Assembly: GCA_965263355.1 (NCBI GenBank)
Contig: CBDHHL010000032.1
Coordinates: forward strand, 2,208,001-2,272,000
Origin: Leptolyngbyaceae cyanobacterium
GTDB lineage: Bacteria > Cyanobacteriota > Cyanobacteriia > Phormidesmidales > Phormidesmidaceae
Direction of reading: 5' to 3'
Length of the DNA stretch: 64,000 bases
Under the pieces are notes generated by a model. It saw only the letters and a list, made by a program, of their open reading frames with translations, did not search any database and was not told the DNA's origin. The translations under genes and the position numbers were made by a program. Shown here in pieces: positions 10,375-20,043 of the stretch; position 1 is the first letter of the stretch, and every line of letters begins with the position of its first letter.

Positions 10375-13300
10375 GTGCCATCTGTTTCGATTCCTGAACA
10401 AGGTCAGCTTGTGGATGTCCGTCAGAGTCGCTTTGTGGTGACGGATGTTCAGCAGACGGTGATGCCAAAGGTGGCAGGACTATCGCAGGCTTGTCATAAG
10501 GTGACGCTCTCGTCGGTGGAGGATGATGCTCTAGGCCAGGAGCTGCAGGTAATTTGGGAACTGGAGCCGGGTGCCCATGCCTATGAGAAATCTGAACTGC
10601 CAGAGCCAACTGCTTTTGATTCGCCGGAGCGGCTGGATGCGTTTCTGGATGCGGTGCGATGGGGGGCGGCTTCGTCAGCGGATATTCGGAATGTGCAGTC
10701 ACCGTTTCGTAGCGGCATTGATATTGAAGACTATCAGCTTGATCCGGTCGTACGGGCAATTCAGATGCCACGGGTGAATCTGCTGGTGGCGGATGATGTG
10801 GGTCTAGGAAAAACGATTGAGGCGGGTCTGGTTGCTCAGGAGCTGATTTTACGGCAGCGGGTGCGGCGCATTGTGATTGTGTGCCCATCAGCGTTGCAGA
10901 TTCAGTGGCGGGACCAGATGCGGGATAAGTTCGGTCTGGATTTTCGCATTGTTGATAGCGACTTGATGAAGCGGCTGCGGCGACGTCGGGGCATTCATGT
11001 GAATCCGTGGACTCATTTTCCTCGGCTGATTACGTCGATTGATTTTTTGAAACGGGACCGACCGCTACGACTGTTTCGGGAGGTGCTGCCTGCGGAAGGG
11101 GACTCTATCTATCCGCGTCGGTTTGATCTGTTGATTTTGGATGAGGCCCATAATGTAGCGCCGTCGGGCAGTGGTCGCTATGCAATCGATTCTCAGCGAA
11201 CAGCGGCTATTCGGCTATTGGAGCCGCATTTTGAACATAAGCTGTTTCTGACGGCGACACCCCACAATGGCTACCCAGAAAGTTTTACGGCACTGCTAGA
11301 GCTATTGGACAACCAGCGATTTGCCCGTGGGGTGTCGCCCGATCGCAACCAGCTCCAAGTGGTCATGGTACGACGGCTAAAGCGGGAACTACCGCCCCGA
11401 TGGGATGGGACACCGCGCTTTCCAGAACGCAAGCTGGAAGCGATTGGGGTGGACTATAGTGCCGAGGAAAGGGCGGTCCACCAGCAGCTGCAGGAGTATA
11501 CAGAGCTGCGGTGTAAGGGGGCTGAGGATGATGCAACGGAACTCTATGCGACGAAGTTTGTGCTGAAGCTGCTGAAAAAGCGGCTGTTTTCGTCCCCCGA
11601 TGCGTTTCGTACCACGCTAGCGCAACATCAGCAGTCCTTGGTTTCGGCGACGCGGCAGAAAAGTAAACGGTTTGCCAAGCCATCGGTGGGCATTTTGCGG
11701 CGGCAGTTGGAGCAGGTGGACGAGGAATTTGCCGATGATGCTGGCTATGAGGGGAGTATGGAAGATGCGATCGCATCCTCTTCTCGTCTATTTCGCTTAC
11801 CGAGCCCCACCGAACAGCAGCTATTAGACGCCATGGCCGCCTGGGCTGAACAGGCATCACGACAGCCTGATGCGAAAGCGCAACAGCTGCTGGAGTGGAT
11901 CAATACCGAGATTCGACCTGATGACACCTGGTCGGACCAGCGGGTGATCATTTTCACGGAATATCGGGCAACGCAGAAGTGGCTGTATAACCTGATGGCA
12001 TCAGAGGGGATGGCCAGTGACGAGCGGCTGATGACGCTTTACGGCGGCATGGATTCTCAGGACCGGGAAACGGTGAAGGCAGCGTTTCAGGCGAAGCCGG
12101 ATGTATCGCCTGTCAGGATTTTGTTGGCGACGGATGCGGCCTCGGAAGGGTTGGATCTGCAAAACTACTGTTCGCGGCTGATCCATTATGAGATTCCTTG
12201 GAACCCCAACCGGATGGAGCAGCGCAATGGCCGCATAGACCGCCATGGGCAGCGGGCCGATGCGGTGCAGATTTATCACTTTGTGGGTAAGGATTACCAG
12301 ACTACGGCTACGGCAGGGGTGAAGCCGGGGGAGCTGGAGGGTGACCTGGAATTTTTGATGCGGGCAGCGCTAAAGGTGGATGCCATTCGCGAGGACCTGG
12401 GGAAGGTGGGACCGGTGATTGCGGCCCAGGTGGAAGAAGCGATGCTGGGGCAGCGGGTGATGCTGGATACTACCCGAGCTGAGCAGGAGTCGGCACCGCT
12501 GCGACGGATGTTGAAGTTTGAGCGCTCCGTTCGAGATCGCATCGAGCAGCTTAAGGCTCAGCTGGGTGAAACGCGCACTAATCTGCGGCTGACGCCGGAC
12601 AATATTGCCTCGGTGGTGTGTATTGGTCTGGAGCTGGCGGATCAGCCGGGGCTGATACCCGTAGATTTGCCGGACGCTAAGGGGCCAGCGTTTCAGCTAC
12701 CGGCGCTTAAGGGGAGCTGGGCGGCCTGCTCTGAGGGATTGGCCCATCCCCACACCCAGGAAATTCGACCGATTGTATTTGATCCTGATGTGGCTCGTGG
12801 TCGGGATGATGTGGTGCTGGTGCATCTCAACCATCGGCTGGTGCAGATGTGTTTGCGGCTATTGCGGGCAGAGGTGTGGTCGCGGCAGGGACGACAGCGG
12901 CTATACCGGGTGACGGCGCGGCGGGTGCCAAGCGATGCGTTGGAGCATCCGGTGGTGATTGCCTATGGGCGGCTGGTGATCCTGGGGGGCGATCAGCAGC
13001 GGCTGCATGAGGAAATGATCACGGCAGGTGGCACGCTCAAGGAGGGGCGCTTTAGCCGCTTGAATGTAGGTGAGGTGCAACGGGCGCTGGCGGCGGCGCT
13101 GCCGGAGCGGGTGCCTGAACCCATGGAAGAACGGCTAACGGCGCTGTGGCCCAGTCACCAGAATCAGCTGTTGCGATCGCTAGAGGTGCGCATGGCGGAT
13201 CGGACTCAGGGGCTGCAGAAAAAGTTGCAGGAACGCTGTGAGAAGGAAGTGGCAGATGTGACGGCGATTTTGACGGAGCTGCGGCAGCGGATTTTGAATG

Positions 13301-13518
13301 AGCTGGAGCAGCCTGAGGTGGAACAGTTAGAGTTGTTTAGCACCACGGAAAAAGAGCAGTTCCAACGCAATCAGACCAGCCTGCAATTGCGAGTCGAGCA
13401 AATTCCTGAAGAAATTGAACAGGAGACAGCCCTTATCCGGGAACGCTTCAGGGAGCCAACACCGCGATTATTTCCATTAGCGGTGACCTATTTGATTCCG
13501 CAGAAATTCATTAACTAA
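10375..13518 (+). CDS. drmD: DISARM SNF2-like helicase DrmD
   Basis: N-terminal PEQGQLVDVR and VIWELEPG; LVADDVGLGKT, DEAHN, LTATPHNG, ATDAASEGLDLQ, EQRNGRIDRHGQ; 1047 aa. Confidence 0.88.
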   Translation: MPSVSIPEQGQLVDVRQSRFVVTDVQQTVMPKVAGLSQACHKVTLSSVEDDALGQELQVIWELEPGAHAYEKSELPEPTAFDSPERLDAFLDAVRWGAASSADIRNVQSPFRSGIDIEDYQLDPVVRAIQMPRVNLLVADDVGLGKTIEAGLVAQELILRQRVRRIVIVCPSALQIQWRDQMRDKFGLDFRIVDSDLMKRLRRRRGIHVNPWTHFPRLITSIDFLKRDRPLRLFREVLPAEGDSIYPRRFDLLILDEAHNVAPSGSGRYAIDSQRTAAIRLLEPHFEHKLFLTATPHNGYPESFTALLELLDNQRFARGVSPDRNQLQVVMVRRLKRELPPRWDGTPRFPERKLEAIGVDYSAEERAVHQQLQEYTELRCKGAEDDATELYATKFVLKLLKKRLFSSPDAFRTTLAQHQQSLVSATRQKSKRFAKPSVGILRRQLEQVDEEFADDAGYEGSMEDAIASSSRLFRLPSPTEQQLLDAMAAWAEQASRQPDAKAQQLLEWINTEIRPDDTWSDQRVIIFTEYRATQKWLYNLMASEGMASDERLMTLYGGMDSQDRETVKAAFQAKPDVSPVRILLATDAASEGLDLQNYCSRLIHYEIPWNPNRMEQRNGRIDRHGQRADAVQIYHFVGKDYQTTATAGVKPGELEGDLEFLMRAALKVDAIREDLGKVGPVIAAQVEEAMLGQRVMLDTTRAEQESAPLRRMLKFERSVRDRIEQLKAQLGETRTNLRLTPDNIASVVCIGLELADQPGLIPVDLPDAKGPAFQLPALKGSWAACSEGLAHPHTQEIRPIVFDPDVARGRDDVVLVHLNHRLVQMCLRLLRAEVWSRQGRQRLYRVTARRVPSDALEHPVVIAYGRLVILGGDQQRLHEEMITAGGTLKEGRFSRLNVGEVQRALAAALPERVPEPMEERLTALWPSHQNQLLRSLEVRMADRTQGLQKKLQERCEKEVADVTAILTELRQRILNELEQPEVEQLELFSTTEKEQFQRNQTSLQLRVEQIPEEIEQETALIRERFREPTPRLFPLAVTYLIPQKFIN

Positions 13519-13519
13519 T

Positions 13520-14228
13520 ATGGTTAGTCTGCAACATCCACCTCAATCTAACGATGGAATTGATCAAAGTAGTTTTCGCAAATACATTGATCAATTCCAG
13601 GTAGCTTTGGACGATGAAATTAGAGCGTTACGAAACTCTGGCGGTCAGCGAACCCACCTGACATCTGGGACTTATCTCAGCAGGCGAAGCAGTGGAAAAT
13701 ATTTGTACGGATTTGTAGCTGATAGTGAAATTCGGTTCCAGGATGAAACTCCAATCGAATTAGAGCTACGGAATAGAAGAAAATCTGAGCCCATAAAAGG
13801 GATTCTTGTTTCTGTTGATGGCTTTGACGTAACGTTAGCCCTAGAAGAAAAGATTGGGAAAAAGGTATCTGCGGCAACCTTAAATACCTCACCTATATTT
13901 CTCTTAGAAGCTTTAAAAGGAAGTTTTGAACAAACTAAAAATCAAGGCACCAAGGCCAATATATATCTGGCCAATTTGTTGTTAGATCCAGTAGGAATAC
14001 CTGCTATAGACTGTACTGGCAACGCACGTAAACTCCTGACAAAGCTAGAGGAGCGATTTAATCAAGCGATTATCCGAAACTCTTCTCAAGAGCGAGCTGT
14101 TGAACAGGTTCTAACTAATCGAATTAGTTTTATTTGGGGACCTCCAGGTACGGGTAAAACAACCACCCTAGGAATGACGGTAGCGGCATTAACCCAGGCT
14201 GGAGAGTCTGTTCTAATCCTTTCCCACA
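13520..14228 (+). pseudogene. SF1 (DNA2/NAM7-like, AAA_11) helicase truncated by IS66
   Basis: IWGPPGTGKT then VLILSH, after which the frame runs into the IS66 left end at 14229. Confidence 0.8.
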
Positions 14229-15869
14229 GACCGTCCCAGGAAATTAAAGAAAACTTAGGGAATGAGGGGCTCGAACTTCGTTAGGTTTTGAGTATGGATA
14301 AAGAGATCGAAATTGCTGGTATCAAGGTTCCGCAATCAGACTGGGAGGCAACACCGCCAAGCATCCAGTCATTAGTAACGGCATTGGTAGAACGTCTAAA
14401 CTGTCAGAGTGAGCAAATAGCCCAGCTAAACGAGCGTTTAAGCCAGCTGGAAGAACGGCAAAATCAGACCTCGAAGAATTCATCGAAACCACCCTCGACA
14501 GATGGGTTTGGCCAAGGAGTAAAGGCGACAAAGAAGGCGAAAAAACGAAGGAAGTCGAGTTCATCAGAGTCTCCTCCTCGTCAAGCCCGTACGCTCAAGG
14601 CGAGTGAAGAGTGTGAGCGGAGTTATGACGTGAAGCCAACCATGTGCAAGGACTGCGGAGCTGAGTTGAGTGGAGATGATCGCCATCCACATCGGCATCA
14701 AGAGATAGAGTTGCCACCGATTGAACCGTTGGTGATTGAATACCGTCTACATCAGCTGAGTTGTTCGGTCTGTGGAGAGATGACCCGAGCAGGCTTACCG
14801 TTAGGCGTTTCCCCCTCCGGATATGGAGAGCGTTTGAGTGCCATCGTGAGTCTGTTGAGTGGACCGTATCGTCAAAGCTATCGTCAGGTTTGTCGACTGA
14901 TGGATGAGGTGTTTGAGGTGCGATTGTCCCGTGGCAGTATTGGTCGTTTGCGCGCAGAGGTGAGTGCCGCACTCGCAGCACCCGTGTCAGAGGCAAAAAC
15001 GTATGTCCAGTCTCAGCCGAGGGTCCATAGTGATGAGACGGGATTTCCCCAAGGGAATAGTGATGGCAAGAACCCCAAGAAAACCAAAGGGTGGTTGTGG
15101 GTGTTAGTGACCCCGTTAGTGAGTTTTTTTGAGGTGGTGTTTAGTCGGTCTCAGGCAACGGCTAAAGCGTTGATTGGTGACGCTTATCCAGGGATTGTCA
15201 TCTCTGACCGCTGCAGTGCTTACACCTGGATTGACCCCGACCACTGGCAAACGTGTTGGGCACATTTGAAACGCGATTTTACGGCCATGGCTGAGCGCTC
15301 AGGGGCTTCCCAAGATATTGGTGATGCCTTGCTACGTCGTCAGAAGCGGTTGTTTCGTTGGTGGCATCAAGTCAGAGATGGCACCTTGTCACGTGAGCAG
15401 TTTATCACCCAGGTCAATCGCTTACGGGATGGCTTTAAAGGGGTACTCGAAGAAGCGGCATCACTACCGATTAAACCAAAGGAAAAGACGCCGTTGGCGA
15501 AAACCGTTAGGACCTGTCGCCGGTTACTGAAGGTTGAACCGGCCCTATGGACGTTCGTCTATAAAACTGATGTGGAGCCGACTAATAATTCGGCTGAGCG
15601 TGCCTTGCGACCCGCTGTGATTTGGCGACGTACTAGTTTTGGGTCTCAATCGCAAGGCGGCAGTCAGTTTGTAACTCGAATGTTAACGGTCACAACCTCT
15701 CTAAAGGCTCAGGGAAGACATATTCTCGATTTCCTCACACAGGTCTTATTAGCCAAACGCAAGGGAGACCTTGTTCCTTCGCTCCTTCCTCAATCAGACT
15801 TGCCGGTCTCAACATCCTCTAACGATAGAATATTGCCTGCTGCTTAAAAGACTAATATGAGGGACACTC
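14229..15869 (+). mobile_element. IS66-family element
   Basis: Imperfect TIRs GACCGTCCC (14229) and GGGACACTC (ending 15869) coincide with the truncation points of both neighbouring genes. Confidence 0.8.
14288..15847 (+). CDS. IS66 transposase (TnpC-like)
   Basis: NSSKPPSTD, zinc-finger CxxC motifs, HSDET, ISDR, CWAHLKRDF, PTNNSAERALR. Confidence 0.93.
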   Translation: MSMDKEIEIAGIKVPQSDWEATPPSIQSLVTALVERLNCQSEQIAQLNERLSQLEERQNQTSKNSSKPPSTDGFGQGVKATKKAKKRRKSSSSESPPRQARTLKASEECERSYDVKPTMCKDCGAELSGDDRHPHRHQEIELPPIEPLVIEYRLHQLSCSVCGEMTRAGLPLGVSPSGYGERLSAIVSLLSGPYRQSYRQVCRLMDEVFEVRLSRGSIGRLRAEVSAALAAPVSEAKTYVQSQPRVHSDETGFPQGNSDGKNPKKTKGWLWVLVTPLVSFFEVVFSRSQATAKALIGDAYPGIVISDRCSAYTWIDPDHWQTCWAHLKRDFTAMAERSGASQDIGDALLRRQKRLFRWWHQVRDGTLSREQFITQVNRLRDGFKGVLEEAASLPIKPKEKTPLAKTVRTCRRLLKVEPALWTFVYKTDVEPTNNSAERALRPAVIWRRTSFGSQSQGGSQFVTRMLTVTTSLKAQGRHILDFLTQVLLAKRKGDLVPSLLPQSDLPVSTSSNDRILPAA

Positions 15870-16810
15870 AAAAAAGACTGAGCGCAATTAAAGCGAGTTC
15901 GGTCTTCACCAAAGGCCGCTAACAATCGTGGCGCTAAATGAGGCCCAGCCCCTGGCAATGCCTTAAAAAGTTCTGCATCCGGCAGCGATTCAAATAACGA
16001 GGCAATTTGACGCTCAAACACAATCAATTGCGACAAGACTACTTTCAATAAAGCGACTAAGCCTTGCATTAACGCTTGGGCTGGAATGGTGATAGCGTCG
16101 TCTCGCGTCAAGGGTGGCCCAGCGTCTTGAATTTGCTGAGTTCGCCGTTGAATCGTGGTTTTGCGAATGATGTGATGGCTACGAAAGAAGTCTCTCAAGA
16201 CATCAGCTGTAGCAGCTTGAGCCTCTTGTAAATTGGGAAACTGTTCAAGGAATTCACAAAACGCAATGGTGTCTTTATCTTCAAACCAGTCGAGCACTTG
16301 AGGAAAATAGGATTTGAGTGCGGCGGTGATCCGATTCGTCAGCCGGACCTTCTCACCCACTAACATGCGACGGGACTCAACCCATTGTCTCAATGCACGA
16401 TGCTTCGGACAACCTGATGTCCAGATATCAAGTTTTTCACCATGTTTTTGCATCAATTCGACGATCAGTTTGGCATCGATGGGATCCGATTTGGCCCGCG
16501 AGGGCTGAAACGCTTTGCGATAGTTCGCGACCGTTCGAGGATTAACGGGCACCAGCACCAAATTCTCGTATTGACATAGGCCATAAAGGAGGGGGCCGCG
16601 TTTCTGCTCCAACCCAACCAGCAACTTGGACTCTCCATAGGTTTTTCGTAAGCGATTGACCCAATCTGCAATGGATTGGGGCTTGGATTGAATCGTGCAA
16701 TGCTCCCAGGTTTCGTTCTGGCAGTCATAGAGCGCAATATCATGTTTACGATCTGCCCAGTCAATCCCGATATAAGCCGCATATGCTGTTGGACTTTGAT
16801 TGAGTTTCAT
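15870..16810 (-). pseudogene. IS110-family recombinase, C-terminus removed by IS66
   Basis: IGIDWADRKHD, AKSDPIDA, LPGAGPHLAPRL; the frame enters IS66 sequence before the catalytic-Ser region. Confidence 0.88.
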
Positions 16811-16844
16811 TGTGCTAAATTGAGGGTGTTTTTGTTTGACGGAG

Positions 16845-17127
16845 AGTCTGCCACCAGTCGCCTTGCGAAGTGATTATGGAAAGGGTTATTTCCCTGCTCC
16901 CTGAGGATTCGTTGGGCAGCGATTGGACTGGCTTGAAGGGCGATTCGATATGTTAGTAGTCATCTTCTGACTGGCGCTGCATAGTCGTCCCCCCAAGCTA
17001 GCAGATTCTCTCCTTTCTTGACTCTATGCTTTTTTCCAGATTTAGAACATCTAAAGGGAGGAGCGATACGATATGTTAGTAGACATCTATACTGTCGTCC
17101 AATGCATAGTCGTCTCCTCCCGTTTTT
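16845..17127 (-). ncRNA. Candidate IS110 bridge RNA region with three stem/internal-loop/hairpin modules
   Basis: Non-coding region 5' of the IS110 gene. Manually folded modules at about 16851-16926, 16931-16998 and 17056-17121; the 16931-16998 stem needs G-U pairs available only on the minus strand. Confidence 0.55.
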
Positions 17128-17142
17128 CTATGCTCGTCCCCC

Positions 17143-17227
17143 CATAAACGCCCATGCACACCGACCGCCGAAGGTGGATCGGTGTGATGCAAAGGTTATC
17201 TGCAGCGGGTGATGGGCAGCGTTATGC
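17143..17227 (+). repeat. attC-like site 1 (R'' box altered at the putative IS110 end)
   Basis: CATAAACGCCCATGCAC...GGGTGATGGGCAGC-GTTATGC; imperfect palindrome ending in a GTT core, followed 21 bp later by an ORF. Confidence 0.7.
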
Positions 17228-17248
17228 GGCAGTACTCAAAGGTGCTTT

Positions 17249-17626
17249 ATGAGGAACAGGACCGTTTTAATCTCTCTATTCATCTTTTCTGGATCCTATG
17301 CATTAGGGAGCGTAACAAAACAGATCCGTCCACATATTGATTCACCATTGATACACGACGCAATTTTGGGTTGGTTTCCAAGTTTTATCTACGTATTCGG
17401 AATGCTTTATGTCATTCCTATCTATAAGCATCTCCTTAACCAAAAAGAAACTAAGACTAATTTTGCAAAGCTCTTTATGTGGGGAACATGTGGAGCTTGC
17501 TCATACGAGTTCTTACAGCTATTCATACCGTCACGAACATTCAGCCTCTTGGATCGGATTGCGACTATTACAGGTGGCATTGCCTCATGGTATTTGTTCG
17601 TGTGGCTGAGTCTTGACAAAAGTTAA
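17249..17626 (+). CDS. Small membrane protein, VanZ-like cassette gene
   Basis: Four hydrophobic segments; YEFLQLFIPSRTFSLLD resembles the VanZ E-xxQ...R...D motif. Confidence 0.6.
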   Translation: MRNRTVLISLFIFSGSYALGSVTKQIRPHIDSPLIHDAILGWFPSFIYVFGMLYVIPIYKHLLNQKETKTNFAKLFMWGTCGACSYEFLQLFIPSRTFSLLDRIATITGGIASWYLFVWLSLDKS

Positions 17627-17802
17627 CGAAACTCTCGCTTTACCATACAATTGAGTTTCAGGCAGAATATATGTACTATTAAATTAGTAATGGTCAGCTC
17701 AAGCTCTTGTAAATATAGCTTAAAGAAGCCTTAGAAACCTTTATGGGATATACGTTCTTTATAATAAGAGCTGTAGATTAAAAGCCTATTGATATCTATA
17801 CT

Positions 17803-18039
17803 ATGCTAGCCACTAGTGAATCACTCAAACAGGATATTGAAAAGCTCACTGACGAGCAGCTGCAGCAGGTTGCTGAGTTTATCGCTTTCCTTAGGTTTCA
17901 AGAAAAACGGAAACGTATAACTCTTGATCCAGTCCTTTTAGCTCCCCTTGCAACTGAATTTGCAGAGGAAGATCGTGAACTTGCAGAATCAGGCATAGGC
18001 GACTATTCGGATATGCTTGCTCAAGAAGATCAGCTATGA
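17803..18039 (+). CDS. Antitoxin (DUF2281-like)
   Basis: IEKLTDEQLQQVAEFIAFL with acidic C-terminus; 4-bp overlap with the toxin gene. Confidence 0.7.
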   Translation: MLATSESLKQDIEKLTDEQLQQVAEFIAFLRFQEKRKRITLDPVLLAPLATEFAEEDRELAESGIGDYSDMLAQEDQL

Positions 18040-18389
18040 CCAAACAACTTCATCGTGGAGAAGTCTGGCTAGCAAACCTCGATCCTACCCAAGGTTCTGA
18101 GCAATCAGGTATTCGCCCTGTCATAATTTTTCAGAATGATATTGTTTCAAAGTTTTCTACAACAACGATTACTATTCCTCTGACAACAAATAAGCGTCGT
18201 GCCTCTTTGCCAATTTGTGTGATGATAAACCGAGGAGATGGTGGGTTACGACAAGATTCTGTTGCGCTTTGTTTTCAGCTTCGAGTACTGGATAAAACGC
18301 GATTAATTAAGCGTTTAGGACAACTCAACCCACAGACAATTGCTGTGCTGGAAGAAGTCGTTTTAGTAACCTTAGGATACGATTTATGA
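18036..18389 (+). CDS. mazF: PemK/MazF-family toxin
   Basis: RGEVWLANLDPTQGSEQSGIRPVIIFQND, IPLTT, DSVALCFQLRVLDKTRL. Confidence 0.92.
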   Translation: MTKQLHRGEVWLANLDPTQGSEQSGIRPVIIFQNDIVSKFSTTTITIPLTTNKRRASLPICVMINRGDGGLRQDSVALCFQLRVLDKTRLIKRLGQLNPQTIAVLEEVVLVTLGYDL

Positions 18390-18410
18390 AAGTGTTAACT
18401 TGCTGGGCTA

Positions 18411-18768
18411 GCATAACCCTACGCAGGAGCGGACGGACAGAAAATTCTAAATACTTGATAACATACTGACCGCCGCTCAGCTTCAACGACTATGAAGCCG
18501 TGAACGTGTCAAGTGGGTTTCGGCATATTTTTTCAGGGAGTCTCTCATTTTTTATCCACATCAATCTCTCATCTTGTTGTTGACTAAGATGCTTTGTCTT
18601 TGTTATTCAGAATGTCTTTTTGATTGAGAATCAATGAGGCAAAGTGGATTTAACCGACTGTCCGAGGTGTCAATGCTTTTGAACTTATGTTCTACTGCAT
18701 TGCCTCAAGAGTTTTTGCAAAGGTGCATGGCTTATAACTCCTACGGAGACGCTACGCGAACGTTAGGG
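18411..18768 (+). repeat. attC-like site 2, split by insertions
   Basis: GCATAAC-CCTACGCAGGAGCGGACGG...GACCGCCGCTCAGCTTCAAC (to 18487); the R' box GTTAGGG is displaced to 18762-18768. Confidence 0.75.
18488..18740. mobile_element. MITE / IS remnant inside attC 2
   Basis: 253 bp AT-rich segment with no ORF; imperfect 18-bp IRs GACTATGAAGCCGTGAAC and GTGCATGGCTTATAACTC. Confidence 0.55.
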
Positions 18769-18854
18769 CAACCTTGTTGCAGATTACGTGAAGCTTCAAG
18801 CTCATGCTAGAGTCTCACTTTGCTCTCTCCATTCTCTCTTCTAAATTTTGTTCT

Positions 18855-19908
18855 CTATGGTGTTGGCTGAGCTAACTCTGGATTCCACGGCTGGTTGTGT
18901 AACAACATCGCCCAACATCGCACCAACAACTTCCGGGCAACGGCTACAATCGCTGTTTTCTTGCGGGTCTTCTGTCCTCCACTAATGCGGGCATAAGTGG
19001 CTGCCGCCCATTCGTTGTGACGTAACATCAGCCAGGACACTTCCACTAATGCCGTTCGGAGTAATCGAGGGCCTCGTTTAGTAATCTTGCCCAGGCGATT
19101 AGTTTGACCAGACTGATGCTGCTGAGGAATTAATCCAGCATAGGCAGACACTTGTCGCGAATTCTTAAATCGCTTTGGGTCATCCAAACAGGTGACAATT
19201 ACCTCGGCGGTTTTACGGCCAACCCCAGGAATCGTCTGCAATAGTTGGATACGCTCCTCCTGCTTGGCAAGTAGTTCTAATTTCCGTTCAATCGTTGCCA
19301 GGTGTTCCCATAGTTGGTCCAGCATCGTTAATTCTAAATCTAATTCCCCACGCCATAGATTGGTCTCATTGCACTCCACGAGTACTCGTCGGTGTTGGCT
19401 TAATTCGTCAATCCCCTGAACGCTCCAGGCTCGGTGGCCTGATGGCATTTTCACACCTTGTTGATCAAACAACGCGCGAATCGCATATCGCATTTTGAAC
19501 TCGATTGATCCGCCAAACCACCACTTTACGATATTTCACTAAGTGCCGATATTGGCGACTCTCTGGGGCAGGCACGTACACAGGGTTAATCTGCTCCAAA
19601 GCAGCCAGTTTTGCTAATTTCAAGGCATCGTCTTTATCGGTTTTGCGTTTGACGTTTTTCCACCGTCAGGCTTCCTGACTGGGATCGGCCACCAATACTC
19701 GATAGTCTTCGGCAACGCAGAGATCGTTTACCCAGCCGGTAATTGAACACGTTTCCACTACCACCAAGTCTGGTTGAGTACGATGTAATATTTCTTTGAA
19801 TTCCCGTCGGTACGTCTTGAACGTGTCAAATTCAGTCGCGTTACTCTCCGTGTCCAGCAGACACGATACACAGTTGAATTTGCCCAGGTCGATCGCTAGA
19901 ATCTTCAT
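18855..19908 (-). pseudogene. IS110-family recombinase pseudogene
   Basis: MKILAIDLGKF, KRKTDKDDA, TIPGVG, YAGLIPQQHQSG, GKITKRGPRLLR, AVARKL. In-frame TGA at 19666-19668 and a 7-bp duplication (ATGCGAT x2) near 19490 causing a frameshift. Confidence 0.9.
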
Positions 19909-20043
19909 AACGTTTCTCCAAGTGTCAGAGGGGATAGCTGGATGTCTATAGCCTCTCACGGCTTGCATAGATTCTTTAGACAGAGTCGTCTGCGGGCGAG
20001 AGAGTCGAGAAGCGCCCAGTAAGTATGGCGACAGCAGAAAGGG

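Noticed and set aside
10295..12542. Antisense ORFs over drmD and other long genes
   Set aside because: Shadow ORFs of GC-rich coding sequence with no recognisable motifs.
17620..17665. attC after the VanZ-like gene (AGTTAAC...GAAACTC/GAGTTTC)
   Set aside because: Only an R''-like box and a short IR; no L boxes or R' box. At best a deleted remnant.
18486..18494. ACGACTATG matching the IS110 leader modules, as a possible target site
   Set aside because: A 9-nt match overlapping the MITE inverted repeat; plausible by chance, and no IS110 is inserted there.
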